From an uncultured Solirubrobacterales bacterium (GTDB lineage Bacteria; Actinomycetota; Thermoleophilia; Solirubrobacterales; Solirubrobacteraceae): a DNA stretch of 64,000 nucleotides. Position numbers and translations under genes: made by a program. The notes below the pieces were generated by a model. It was not told where the DNA came from, ran no database searches, and saw only the letters and a program-made list of their open reading frames with translations. Position 1 is the first letter of the stretch, and every line of letters begins with the position of its first letter. Of this stretch, positions 40,500-50,503 are shown in pieces. The stretch spans positions 2,164,846-2,228,845 of the forward strand of contig CAVOSI010000002.1 of assembly GCA_963698875.1 (NCBI GenBank). The letters run 5' to 3'.

Positions 40500-40991
40500 G
40501 TGCAGGAGATGGTGATTTACGGCGTCAGCTTCGACATGGTTGGCAAGCAGCCGATCGTGCTCCTGAAGACGGTCGACGGCAACAAGTTCCTGCCGATCTG
40601 GATCGGCCACCCGGAGGCGGCATCGATCCTGATGAAGCTGCAGGGCGCGGGAACGCCGCGCCCGATGACGCACGATCTGCTCTGCGACATCCTCGGCGAG
40701 CTGGACGTGAAATGCACCCAGGTATCGGTCACCGAGCTGCGCGAGAACACCTTCTTCGCCTCGATCACGCTCAGCGTCGGCGGGCGCGAGCTTGAAATCG
40801 ACTCGCGCCCGAGCGACGCGATCGCGCTGGCTGTGCGCTCCGGGGCGCCGATCTTCGCCGCCGAGGAGGTCATCTCCGAGTCAGCGATCGAGTTCGAGCA
40901 CGACGTCGAGGAGTCCGAGGACGTTGTCGAGAAGTTCAAGGAGTTCCTCGATCAGGTATCCCCCGAGGACTTCGCTGCGGGCGATTCCTAG
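40500..40991 (+). CDS. Bifunctional nuclease family protein (DUF151)
   Basis: LPIWIG, RPMTHDL and IDSRPSDAIALA. Confidence 0.93.
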   Translation: MQEMVIYGVSFDMVGKQPIVLLKTVDGNKFLPIWIGHPEAASILMKLQGAGTPRPMTHDLLCDILGELDVKCTQVSVTELRENTFFASITLSVGGRELEIDSRPSDAIALAVRSGAPIFAAEEVISESAIEFEHDVEESEDVVEKFKEFLDQVSPEDFAAGDS

Positions 40992-41959
40992 CGGTTGAAG
41001 GCGCTAGCGAGGATTCGCTCGACGAGCTCGTCGAAGCGGATGCCCTGCAGCGTCGGCGGCCTGCGGTAGGAGGCTGGTCTCGGTCATGCCCGGGACGACG
41101 TTGCGTCTCGAGCACCCACAGCTCCTCGCTGTCCTCCTCGAGCATCAGGTCGATCCGCGCGAGGCCGTGGCAGCCGAGTAGCTCGTAGACCGCGAGCGCC
41201 AGCTGCTGTGCACGGGCGGTGGTCTCCGCCGGCAGCTCGGCCGGGCACACGAAACGTCGTCATCCCGATCTCATAGCGAGACTCGTAGTCGTAGAAATCC
41301 TCTCCGCGGGGCACCGCCTCGACCACCGGTAGGGCCTGTGGACCGGCTCCTTGCGCGCCATCCGGGGGATCGAGCACGGAGACGGCAAGATCACGCCCCT
41401 TGACGTAGCGCTCGAGCAGGATCGTGCGGTCGTAGGAAAAGGCCCCGACCATCGAGCCCGGCAGCTGTTCGCTCGTGCGAGCAAACTTGACCCCAAGCGC
41501 AGAGCCGCCTCTGGCGGGCTTGACGACGAGCGGGAAGCCGAGGTCTGACTCGATCCGCCCGAGCGCCGCGGCGGCTCCGAGCTCCTTGATCGAGGCCTCA
41601 CGCAGCGGGTGGAAGTCTGGGGTGGGAACGCCCACCTCGCGCATCAGGCGCTTCGCGAGCACCTTGTCGGTGCTGCGCACACAGCCCGCGGGCGAGGAGC
41701 CCGTGTAGGGGAGCCCGATCGCCTCGAGCAGTCCCTGCAGGGTGCCGTCCTCCCCATAGCGGCCGTGCAACGCGATGAAGGCCGCGTCGAGCTCGCTCGC
41801 GAGCAGTTGCTCAATTAGCTTGGGCCCGACGTCGACGGCCTGCACCTCATGACCCAGCCGCTGCAGCGCGTCCTGGACTTGAGCACCGGAGCGCAACGAG
41901 ACGCTGCGCTCGAGCGAGCGACCCCCCTTGAGGACCGCGACCCGTCGAGCCTCGCTCAT
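40988..41959 (-). CDS. ddl: D-alanine--D-alanine ligase (frameshifts near the 3' end)
   Basis: GGRSLERSVSLRSG, LHGRYGEDG, VVKPARGGSALG, YDYESRY and ARIDLM. Confidence 0.9.
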
Positions 41960-43425
41960 CGATCCCGGCGACGGCGGGCCGGGGTGCTCTGATCGCGGCG
42001 GGGGAGCGCCACGACATCGGCCAGGGGCGTCTCGGTCGCTGTCTCCTGCTCGGCGGCCTGTGCTGGCGCGCTGATGGCACCGGGCAGCACCGAGCCGGTG
42101 AGCGAGCCGAGCAGCCCGAGCTGCTCGCGTACAGCCCTACCGATCCGTCGGATTCCCTCGCGAATGTCCTCATCGGGAACACCGGCGAAGTTCAAGCGCA
42201 TCGAGGATGCGCCGCTGCGTCCGTCCATGTAGGCCGCGCGGCCGGGGACGAAGGCGACGCCCTCACTTTTGCGCGCTAGTGCCAGCAGGTCGGTCGTGTC
42301 GATGCGCTCATCGAGCGTTGCCCAGATAAAGAGACCCCCCTCGGGTCGCGTCCAGCTCGCCGCGCCGCCGAAGTACTCTTCCAGGGACTCGAGCATCACA
42401 TTGCGACGACGGCGGTAGAGATCACGCAACGTCTCCACATAGCTGCGCCAGACACCCTCGCCGTGTCCATCCAGCTCGCCGAAGTAGGCGCTCACAAACA
42501 TCTGCGTGACGGGTGAGGAACAGAGATCGGCGCCTTGCTTGCCGAGATTCAGCTTCTCGAGTACCGGCCGCGGTGCGACCGCCCAGCCGAGGCGCAGTCC
42601 CGGAGAGAGGATCTTCGAGAAGGTGCCCAGGTAGATCACGAGGTCAGATGCGCCCCCGCGCCCGACGGCGGCGGCGTCGAGCGAGTGCAGGGTTGGCAGC
42701 GGCTCGCCCTCATAGCGCAGCAGGCCGTAGGGGTTGTCCTCGAGCACGAGCAGCTCGCGCTCCCGTGCAACCTCGATGAGCCTGCGTCGCCGTGCGAGCG
42801 ACATCGTCACGCCGCCGGGGTTCTGGAAGTTGGGGATCGTGTAAATAAACTTCGGTCGCCGGCCTTCGGACTGGAGACGATCAAGCGTGCTCTCGAGCGC
42901 ATCGATCGGCATTCCCTCGGAGTCGATCTCGATCTGCTCGACGTGGGCCTGGTAGGCGCTGAAGGTGGGGACCGCGCCCGGATAGGTGGGCGCCTCAGCA
43001 ACGATCACATCGCCGGGATCGATCAGCGTCTTACAGACAAGGTCGATGACCTGCTGGCCGCCGGTTGTGACGAGCACCTCGGAGGGGTCCACATAGGTCC
43101 CCTCGGCGGCCATCACCTCGACGATGCACTCAATCGTGGCAGCCATACCTTCGGTTGGCCCGTATTGCAGCGCCCGCGCGGTCGACTCTGCAGCCACCTG
43201 GGACATCAGCTTGGCATAGAGCTCGGGGGCAAAGGTGCTCGTGTCGGGCAGCCCACCGGCGAGGGAAATCACGTCGCTCTGCTCGGTCAGCGCCATCATC
43301 TCGCGCATCGCCGAGCTTTTCATCCCGCGCGTGCGCGCCGCAAACAGCGCCTCGTAGCGCGCGAGCTCGTGCGCCGTAGGACGGGCTCCGCGCCCGTCTC
43401 CGCCTCCGCTGTTCGATCGATCCAT
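41956..43425 (-). CDS. PLP-dependent aminotransferase (LysN/Aro8-like)
   Basis: ISLAGGLP, LQYGPTEG, FQNPGG, EDNPYG and GTFSKILSPGLRLGW. Confidence 0.92.
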   Translation of the reverse strand: MDRSNSGGGDGRGARPTAHELARYEALFAARTRGMKSSAMREMMALTEQSDVISLAGGLPDTSTFAPELYAKLMSQVAAESTARALQYGPTEGMAATIECIVEVMAAEGTYVDPSEVLVTTGGQQVIDLVCKTLIDPGDVIVAEAPTYPGAVPTFSAYQAHVEQIEIDSEGMPIDALESTLDRLQSEGRRPKFIYTIPNFQNPGGVTMSLARRRRLIEVARERELLVLEDNPYGLLRYEGEPLPTLHSLDAAAVGRGGASDLVIYLGTFSKILSPGLRLGWAVAPRPVLEKLNLGKQGADLCSSPVTQMFVSAYFGELDGHGEGVWRSYVETLRDLYRRRRNVMLESLEEYFGGAASWTRPEGGLFIWATLDERIDTTDLLALARKSEGVAFVPGRAAYMDGRSGASSMRLNFAGVPDEDIREGIRRIGRAVREQLGLLGSLTGSVLPGAISAPAQAAEQETATETPLADVVALPRRDQSTPARRRRDR

Positions 43426-43564
43426 CTGCTTCTCTTCTCTATTCGCCGTCGAGTCCCTCGGACCTCGCGGCGGCGTACTCGCTTGATCGCCGCACGGGTC
43501 GTCTATCGTGCTCACCGATCGGAGGCCGAAAGCCCACGGTATCGCACCTCCGCTAGCGCTCTCA

Positions 43565-44191
43565 ATGCACGGCATCTTCTTCTACATCGGTCTCGGCGCC
43601 GGATTGGCTGCCGCCTGCGGGATACGCCCGTTCATACCCGTGCTGCTTGCCGGTGCGCTCGCCTCCTCCAAAGTGCTCGGTGTGAGCTTCGCGCTCGACC
43701 CCTTCCGCTTTCTGCAGGCCGGCTGGTGGCTACTCGTGGTGGCGGTACTCCTGGTGCTCGCCTACGCGGCTCAGCTGCTGTTGGGACTGGCGCCCACGCT
43801 CGATCCCGCGGCCCCACGCACGCGCCCAGATCCACTTGCGGCGGCGATCGCGGGCATCGCCTATGGGACGGGTGCACTGCTGTTCGCGGGCACGCTGGCG
43901 GCGCACAGGGACGCCTGGTGGCCGGGGTTGATCGGCGGCCTGTTCGCCGTCTGGCTGGCTCAGGGAGCCGTCGGGCCTGTGATTGCTCGTGCGCGCGCAC
44001 GGCTGCCTGACCGCGCGGCTCGAGAAGCGTTGAGCGTCTATCTCGACGGGGCATCGCTGCTACTCGCTGCGCTGGTCGCGCTGCTACACCCGCTCGGTTA
44101 TCTCCTGCTCGCCGCGCTCGCGTGGTTGCTGGCGCGTGGCCGCACCCGTGCCGGGGAGAAGTACGCCGGCCTGCGCGTCCTGCGCCGTTGA
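43565..44191 (+). CDS. Membrane protein (DUF4126-like)
   Basis: GLAAACGIRPFIP and multiple TM segments. Confidence 0.7.
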   Translation: MHGIFFYIGLGAGLAAACGIRPFIPVLLAGALASSKVLGVSFALDPFRFLQAGWWLLVVAVLLVLAYAAQLLLGLAPTLDPAAPRTRPDPLAAAIAGIAYGTGALLFAGTLAAHRDAWWPGLIGGLFAVWLAQGAVGPVIARARARLPDRAAREALSVYLDGASLLLAALVALLHPLGYLLLAALAWLLARGRTRAGEKYAGLRVLRR

Positions 44192-44204
44192 TGGCCGACA
44201 GTCG

Positions 44205-45716
44205 GTGAGCTCAACCCCGCCCAAGCTCGTCCTCTGCGTGATCGACGCGATGGCTCCGGCAATGCTCGAGTGGGCTGTCGCCGCGGGCGCCGCGCCCGTG
44301 CTCGAGGCGCTGATGCAGCGGGGCCGTTACGTGCCCGACTGCGTTGCCGCGTTTCCCTCTGTGACGCCTGTCTGCGCTGCTTCGATCGTCACGGGTGTGG
44401 GTCAGGAGGCGCACCACATACCCGCGATGAACTGGTATCTCCGCGAGGAGGAGCGCTACGTGGAATACGGCTCGAGCTTCCGTTCTGCTCAGCGCCTGGG
44501 GATCGGCAGGCAACTGACGGACCTGGTCTACAACATGAACCGCGCTCACCTCGCCGCCGAGACGGAGACGGTCTTTGAGTCGCTCGACGATCGAGATGTG
44601 CGCACGGCCGGCACCACCTACCTGATGTACCGCGGTCGCCACCGCCACGAGCCGCAACGCGACACGGCCCTGACGCGAGTCGCAGCGACCCTGATGCGCC
44701 ATCCCGTAATGGGGCCGCGAGAGCTTTTCTACGCAGACATCTTCGCCTCGCGGCGAACGGGCTGCCGCTCAGGGCTCGGTATGCCCGGCGTACGCGACCG
44801 TCACTCGGGCTGCGTCTCGGCCTATCTGACGGAGAACGACCTCTTCGACTTCCTGCTGCTCTCCCTGCCCGACAACGACTGGTTCTCGCACAAGCGCGGG
44901 CCGGAGGGGCAGGTGCAGTCGCTCGCTCAGGCCGATCTGCAGCTCGCGCGCGTGATGAACGCGGCGGGCGGGATCGACGAGTTTCTCGAGGAGCATGCGG
45001 TGATCGCGATGGCCGATCACTCCCAGGCGGAGGTGCTGGCCTCGATCGCGCTCCAGGACGAGCTCGCCGATCTCGGCGTGCTCGGGCCCGTGCGCTCCTC
45101 CGAGGGCGCGCGTGAAGGGGTGCCGCGGATCGCCGTATGCCCCTCCCAGCGAGCGGCGATGGTCTATGCGCTGCACGAGTCCGAACGCGACGCGATACGC
45201 GCCTCGGTCGTATCGCGCGTGCTCACGATCGAAGGAGTCGACTTGGTGCTCTGGCTCGAGCGCGACGCGCATGACGCTCCCCGTGAGGGTGTGATCGCAA
45301 GCCCACGTCACGGTGAGCTGCGCTTCGCCCCGGGAAGCTCCGTCGTCGACCCACGCGGCGAGGGTTGGGATGTCGAAGGATCGCTCCGTGCGATCGGGGC
45401 GGAGATCCAAGATGGGCGACTGCTGAGCCCCGATTATCCCGACGCGCTCGCGCGCTCCTGGTCAGCGCTCACCTGCCCGACCTCCGGTGAGGTGTTGCTG
45501 TCGGCCGCACCGGGCTATGAGTTCATCGACTGGGGTCGACAGGCGCATGTTGGCGGCGGCAGCCACGGCTCGCTGCACGCCTCTGACTCACTTGGGGCAC
45601 TCGTGCTCAGCGGCGTCGAGCTGCCCGCACCTGAGCCCGAGCAGTGGGCGATCCGCGACATTGCGCCGCTTGTGCGGGGTCATTTCGGAGAAGCGGGTGT
45701 GAATGGCGTCGCCTAG
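44205..45716 (+). CDS. Alkaline-phosphatase-superfamily (nucleotide pyrophosphatase/phosphodiesterase) protein
   Basis: VIDAM, FPSVTP, DWFSH, MADHSQ and GSHGSL. Confidence 0.88.
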   Translation: MSSTPPKLVLCVIDAMAPAMLEWAVAAGAAPVLEALMQRGRYVPDCVAAFPSVTPVCAASIVTGVGQEAHHIPAMNWYLREEERYVEYGSSFRSAQRLGIGRQLTDLVYNMNRAHLAAETETVFESLDDRDVRTAGTTYLMYRGRHRHEPQRDTALTRVAATLMRHPVMGPRELFYADIFASRRTGCRSGLGMPGVRDRHSGCVSAYLTENDLFDFLLLSLPDNDWFSHKRGPEGQVQSLAQADLQLARVMNAAGGIDEFLEEHAVIAMADHSQAEVLASIALQDELADLGVLGPVRSSEGAREGVPRIAVCPSQRAAMVYALHESERDAIRASVVSRVLTIEGVDLVLWLERDAHDAPREGVIASPRHGELRFAPGSSVVDPRGEGWDVEGSLRAIGAEIQDGRLLSPDYPDALARSWSALTCPTSGEVLLSAAPGYEFIDWGRQAHVGGGSHGSLHASDSLGALVLSGVELPAPEPEQWAIRDIAPLVRGHFGEAGVNGVA

Positions 45717-45775
45717 GTGAGGTGCCGCTTCGCTTCTTCGTCCGACGTAGCCATGATCCATCTATTGTTGGCGGC

Positions 45776-47824
45776 GTGCTTTGGAGGCTGCTCAGCTCAT
45801 TCGCCCTATGTATTTGTGCAACGTGGCTCGTAGCGATGGGGGCTGAGGCGGCGCCCACCTGGCTCGCTCCAACGAAGCTCTCTACCACGGGCCAGAACGC
45901 AGAACAGCCGCAGGTAAGCGTCGACCCGGCGGGCGACGCGATCACCGTCTGGGAACGCTTTGACGAAAAAGCCGGCAAGAAAGTCATCGAAGCCTCGAGC
46001 AGGCCGGCTGCCGCTGCTGGCTGGCAGTCATCGCTGCCTATCTCCAACGCCAAAGAAGATGCATCTCTGCCACAGGTGGCACTCGACTCCTACGGCGACG
46101 CTTTCGCTGCCTGGCTGAGCTTCAACGGCGCTGAATACACGATCCAAGCATCCACGAGGTCCGGTGTCAGCGGTTCATGGCAGCCACCGGTAACGATTCA
46201 GAAACTCGGTGCAACCACTGTCACCGAGCCCCGTCCGGATCTGGCCGTCGACGCACAGGGCGACGCCGTCGTGGTTTGGGAGCGCGCGCAGGCTGCCGAA
46301 GTCTTTGTCGAAGCGTCAAGCAAGCCGGTCGCGCACTCCTGGGCGGTGCCCGAGACGCTGTCAGAAGTCGCCGAAGCCCTGCATCCGCCGGAAGTCGCCA
46401 TCGATGCTGCAGGCGACGCAACTGCAGTCTGGGAACAGCATGAAGCAGGCAGCGTTGTGATCGCCGAGTCCACCAGGCCCGCCGGCAGCAAATGGCAAAT
46501 GGGAGTCGCGCTCTCCGCCACCGGGAAGAACGCCAACGAACCACGAGTGGCCGTCGACGCACAGGGCGACGCGGTGGCTGTCTGGGAACGGCCCAACGAA
46601 GAAGGCAAAGAGCTCGTAGAAGCGGCGACCAGGTCGGGATCAAACGGCTCGTGGGCGAAACCCGCAGCGCTAATGGGCTACGAAGGCCTCCAGGGGGAAC
46701 CCGCCGGCCAGCAGGCTGCAATCGACGGCCAGGGCCGTGCGGTCGTCACCTGGTCACGGCTCGATGCGGCTGCGCACGATGTCGTCGAAGCGGCGGTCGG
46801 CCGCGCATCCACCTCCTCATGGCAGCCGCCGGTGGCGCTCTCCTCACCGGCTGGCCTCGTCGAAGAGGCGCCGCAGGTCGGTGTCGACAACGCGGGCGCC
46901 GCGGTCGTGGTCTGGGAACAGTGGACTGCCACAACAAAGATCATCGAAGCCGTGTCGGGCTTGGCAGCGAGCGGTTCTTGGGGAGCCCCGGTCGCGCTAT
47001 CGGCCGCAGGCAAGGAAGCTGACGAAGCGCAGGTTGCGCTCGACTCGCAGGGCAACGCGGTGGCCGTCTGGCGGCGCTTCGATGGAGCCTCCTACATCGC
47101 TGAAGCAGCCGGTTTCGATGCGGCCGGGCCGCTGTTCACCTTGTTGAGGATTCCCAGCGCCGGGACGGTCGGACAACCGCTCGCGTTCTCGGCTTCCGGG
47201 CTTGATGTCTGGTCCGGGTTGGGAGGGATGAGCTGGGGCTTCGGCGACGGCGGCGCCCAGGTCGGTGCGAGCGTCACGCACGTCTACGATGCGCCCGGTA
47301 CCTACACGGTGAGCGTGACTGCCGCCGATGCGCTGGGCAACACGTCAAGCGCGACCGCAGCGGTGTCGATCGCTGCGGGCACGGGCACGGGTACCTCAGG
47401 CTCAGGCCCGCCAGTGCTCACGAGTGCCCGCCTGAGCCATTCGCGCTTCCGAGTCACCAAGCACGTGACGGCGATCTCAGCTAAGGCCAGGGCCCCGTTG
47501 GGCACGAGCTTCCACTTCACGCTCAGCGAGACGGCCAAGGTGCGGATCGTGCTCACGCGGATCGCTGCTGGCCTGCGCAGCGGCAAGCGCTGTCTCGCGC
47601 CGAGCGCCAAGCTGCGACGCCACCACGCGAAGCGCTGCACCCGGAGTCTGGGAGCGGGAACGCTGACCCGGGCAAACGAGCGCGCGGGAGCCGACAGCAT
47701 TGCGTTCAGTGGTCGCGTCGGTACGAAGGCGCTTACGCCAGGGAGCTACCGGGCAACGCTCGTCGCATTTGCCGGTGGCCTGACGTCCTCGCCGACGGCG
47801 CTTTCCTTCACGGTCGTGCGCTAG
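45776..47824 (+). CDS. Secreted protein with eight beta-propeller-like repeats, a PKD domain and a basic C-terminal domain
   Basis: Eight PxVxxDxxGxAxxxW units, WGFGDG..THVYDAPGTYTVSVT and a signal peptide. Confidence 0.85.
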   Translation: MLWRLLSSFALCICATWLVAMGAEAAPTWLAPTKLSTTGQNAEQPQVSVDPAGDAITVWERFDEKAGKKVIEASSRPAAAAGWQSSLPISNAKEDASLPQVALDSYGDAFAAWLSFNGAEYTIQASTRSGVSGSWQPPVTIQKLGATTVTEPRPDLAVDAQGDAVVVWERAQAAEVFVEASSKPVAHSWAVPETLSEVAEALHPPEVAIDAAGDATAVWEQHEAGSVVIAESTRPAGSKWQMGVALSATGKNANEPRVAVDAQGDAVAVWERPNEEGKELVEAATRSGSNGSWAKPAALMGYEGLQGEPAGQQAAIDGQGRAVVTWSRLDAAAHDVVEAAVGRASTSSWQPPVALSSPAGLVEEAPQVGVDNAGAAVVVWEQWTATTKIIEAVSGLAASGSWGAPVALSAAGKEADEAQVALDSQGNAVAVWRRFDGASYIAEAAGFDAAGPLFTLLRIPSAGTVGQPLAFSASGLDVWSGLGGMSWGFGDGGAQVGASVTHVYDAPGTYTVSVTAADALGNTSSATAAVSIAAGTGTGTSGSGPPVLTSARLSHSRFRVTKHVTAISAKARAPLGTSFHFTLSETAKVRIVLTRIAAGLRSGKRCLAPSAKLRRHHAKRCTRSLGAGTLTRANERAGADSIAFSGRVGTKALTPGSYRATLVAFAGGLTSSPTALSFTVVR

Positions 47825-47917
47825 GCCGGACGCAGATCCCTCGGGCCGAGCTCTGTCGGTGACAGGCATAGCACCGGTGTGGTCCCATGCGGTGCAGGGC
47901 TCGCGTACCCTCGCCTG

Positions 47918-49729
47918 ATGCGCCGTCTGGCGATGATCATCGGCTTGAGCTTGCTCCTCGCTCTCGGCGCGGGTGCGAGCGCTGTCGCCAGCTCCGTGCC
48001 GGCCGACTTCTCCACAGGCCTCTCGGCCAAGGCACTCACGGGAACGAGCGCGCGCTCGGACACGGCCTTCGCGAGCGCCGCTGCATCGACGAGCGCGACC
48101 AACCCCGATGCGCCGATCCCGGTCATCGCGTCGGACACTCCACCGGCGGGGCGCAGGCTCTCCGCCAACGCTGTCCTGGCGATCGCGGCGAAGCTGCCAA
48201 AGATGCGCGCCGAGCGCGCCAAATACCCCGGCTCATACGGTGGCGCCTATCTCAAGGCCCAGTTCCGCTGGCAGGTCAGCTACTTCTCGCGGGGCGGCAA
48301 GAAAGAGATCGGGCAGGTGCTGATCGATGACCTGTCAGGACGCGTGCTCGAACAGTGGACCGGCTTCCAGGTCGCCTGGACGATGGCGCGCGGTTACAAG
48401 GGAGCCTTTGGGCGCCATGTCAACGCGCTCTACGTCTGGTTGCCGCTGTGCGTCTTGTTTCTGGTGCCCTTTGTGAACTTCCGCCGGCCCTTCTCGATGC
48501 TGCACCTCGATCTGCTGGTGTTGCTGTCCTTCTCGGTCTCGTTGGCCTTCTTCAACAACGCGCACATCTACGCCTCGGTGCCGCTCGCCTATCCGCCGCT
48601 GCTCTATTTGCTGGCACGCATGCTCGCGCTGTTGCGCCGCGGACGCCGTGGGGGCGGCCAACCACGGCCCGCCCCACTGCGGCTGCTCGTGCCGCTGCCT
48701 TGGCTGGCGCTCGCGGTGGTCTTCCTGCTGGGCTTTCGCATCGGCTTGAACGTGACCGACTCAAACGTGATCGATGTCGGCTATGCGGGCGTGATCGGAG
48801 CCGACAGGATCGTCAAGGACAAGCCCCTTTACGGCTCCTATCCCTCCGACAACGAACGCGGCGACACCTACGGTCCCGTGAACTATGAGGCCTATGTGCC
48901 CTTCGAGCAGACCTTCGGCTGGAGCGGCACCTGGGACGACCTGCCCGCAGCCCATGCGGCGGCGGTCTTCTTCGACTTGCTTTGTGTCGCCCTGTTGTTC
49001 GGACTCGGGCGGCGCATGCGCGGGCCCACGCTTGGGGTTGCGCTTGCCTATGCCTGGGTCTCCTTTCCCTTCACGCTCTTTGCCCTGGAGAGCAACTCCA
49101 ACGACGAGCTCGTCGCAGCGCTCGTGTTGGCGGCATTGCTCGCGGCCAGCTATCGCTCAAAGCTCGAGCCGGGTGCTCGTGGTGCGCTCGCAGCGCTGGC
49201 GGGGCTGAGCAAGCTCGCTCCGCTCGCGCTCGCGCCGTTGCTCGCAACTCATGGCCTGCGTGGGCTGTCCGCCTCGCGGCGGCGCTGGGCCTTGCTGCTC
49301 TTCGTGCTCGCCTTCGCAGGCACTGCAGCCCTCGCCTTCATACCTGCGCTCAGCCACGACTCGCTGCACACGATCTACGAGCGCACCATCGCTTATCAAT
49401 CAGATCGCGGTTCGCCCTTCTCAATTTGGGGCCTTTACGGCCTCGGTGGCCTCGAGCAGATCGCCGAGGGCGCTGCGGTAGCGCTCGCGCTGGGGCTCGC
49501 GATCCTCCCGCGTCGGCCCGACATCGTCGGCCTCGCGGCAGCCTGCGCTGCGGTCATCATCGCCACGCAGCTCGGGATCGAACACTGGTTCTATCTCTAC
49601 ATTCCCTGGTTCTTCCCGTTGGTGATGCTTGCGCTGCTCGGTCGCTTCAGCGATCCGTCGCGTCCTGCGGCGGACGTGGCATCAGCACCTGCTCAATCGA
49701 TGCAGCCCGTCGCGGCCCTGAGCACCTGA
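47918..49729 (+). CDS. Polytopic membrane glycosyltransferase (GT-C/GT87-like)
   Basis: Multiple TM segments, DTYGP, NSNDE and WFYLYIPWF. Confidence 0.7.
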   Translation: MRRLAMIIGLSLLLALGAGASAVASSVPADFSTGLSAKALTGTSARSDTAFASAAASTSATNPDAPIPVIASDTPPAGRRLSANAVLAIAAKLPKMRAERAKYPGSYGGAYLKAQFRWQVSYFSRGGKKEIGQVLIDDLSGRVLEQWTGFQVAWTMARGYKGAFGRHVNALYVWLPLCVLFLVPFVNFRRPFSMLHLDLLVLLSFSVSLAFFNNAHIYASVPLAYPPLLYLLARMLALLRRGRRGGGQPRPAPLRLLVPLPWLALAVVFLLGFRIGLNVTDSNVIDVGYAGVIGADRIVKDKPLYGSYPSDNERGDTYGPVNYEAYVPFEQTFGWSGTWDDLPAAHAAAVFFDLLCVALLFGLGRRMRGPTLGVALAYAWVSFPFTLFALESNSNDELVAALVLAALLAASYRSKLEPGARGALAALAGLSKLAPLALAPLLATHGLRGLSASRRRWALLLFVLAFAGTAALAFIPALSHDSLHTIYERTIAYQSDRGSPFSIWGLYGLGGLEQIAEGAAVALALGLAILPRRPDIVGLAAACAAVIIATQLGIEHWFYLYIPWFFPLVMLALLGRFSDPSRPAADVASAPAQSMQPVAALST

Positions 49730-50480
49730 TCAGCACGCCCATTAGCCAGGGGTCCTCTTCGGAGGTCTCAAAGCGCACGGGCATCTGCGTCAAGAGCGAC
49801 TCGATCGCCTGCTCGCGCTTGACGCCGATCACGCCTCCCCGGGGTCCCGTCATACCGACATCGGTGATGTAGGCCGTGCCCCCGGGAAGCACGCGCGCAT
49901 CGGCTGTCGGCACATGCGTGTGGGTGCCCACCACCGCCGTCACGCGCCCGTCGAGATGCCAGCCCATCGCGATCTTCTCCGAGGTCGCCTCGGCGTGCAT
50001 GTCGAGCAGGATCTGATCGACCGCACCGAGCTCTCCTAGCGCGACCTCGACCTCGGTAAAAGCGGAGCGGCCCGCGCGCAGGTAGAGGTTGCCGCTGAGA
50101 TTGACCACGCCGAGGCGTACGCCACCCTTCTCGACTACGCAGACCCCGCGGCCGGGCTGACTGCGCAGGTAGTTGGCCGGTCGCACGATGCGCCGGTCGC
50201 GCTCGAGGTAGGGAAAGATCTCGCGCCGGTGGTAAGTGTGGTTGCCGAGCGTGATCGCATCGACCCCGGCCGCGAACATCTGGTCGGCGATCTTCGGGGT
50301 GATGCCCAGACCGCCGGCGGCGTTCTCACCGTTGACGACCACGAAGGTTGGCGCATGTCGCTCTTGCAGTATCGGCAGGCAGTCGAGCAGGGTGCGCCGG
50401 CCGAGGCCGCCGACGACATCGCCGACGAACAGGATGCTGGTGCCCGCTGCTGCGTCGGGAGCCGCCTCGGGCTCAGCCAT
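49647..50480 (-). CDS. ymdB: YmdB/TIGR00282-family metallophosphoesterase
   Basis: GDVVG, NGENAAGG, TLGNH, DMHAEATSEK, GTHTHVPTAD and TDVGMTG. Confidence 0.93.
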   Translation of the reverse strand: MAEPEAAPDAAAGTSILFVGDVVGGLGRRTLLDCLPILQERHAPTFVVVNGENAAGGLGITPKIADQMFAAGVDAITLGNHTYHRREIFPYLERDRRIVRPANYLRSQPGRGVCVVEKGGVRLGVVNLSGNLYLRAGRSAFTEVEVALGELGAVDQILLDMHAEATSEKIAMGWHLDGRVTAVVGTHTHVPTADARVLPGGTAYITDVGMTGPRGGVIGVKREQAIESLLTQMPVRFETSEEDPWLMGVLIRCSGPRRAASIEQVLMPRPPQDATDR

Positions 50481-50503
50481 ACTCTGGCAATGGTGGGAGG
50501 CAA

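Noticed and set aside
28740-41260. Programmed frameshifting or mass pseudogenisation
   Set aside because: The indels are scattered, lack common slippery motifs and hit housekeeping genes with intact active sites, so assembly error is more parsimonious.
49647-49729. 83-bp convergent overlap of the GT-C gene and ymdB as a regulatory feature
   Set aside because: The overlap involves only non-conserved-looking C-terminal tails, which is common in high-GC genomes.
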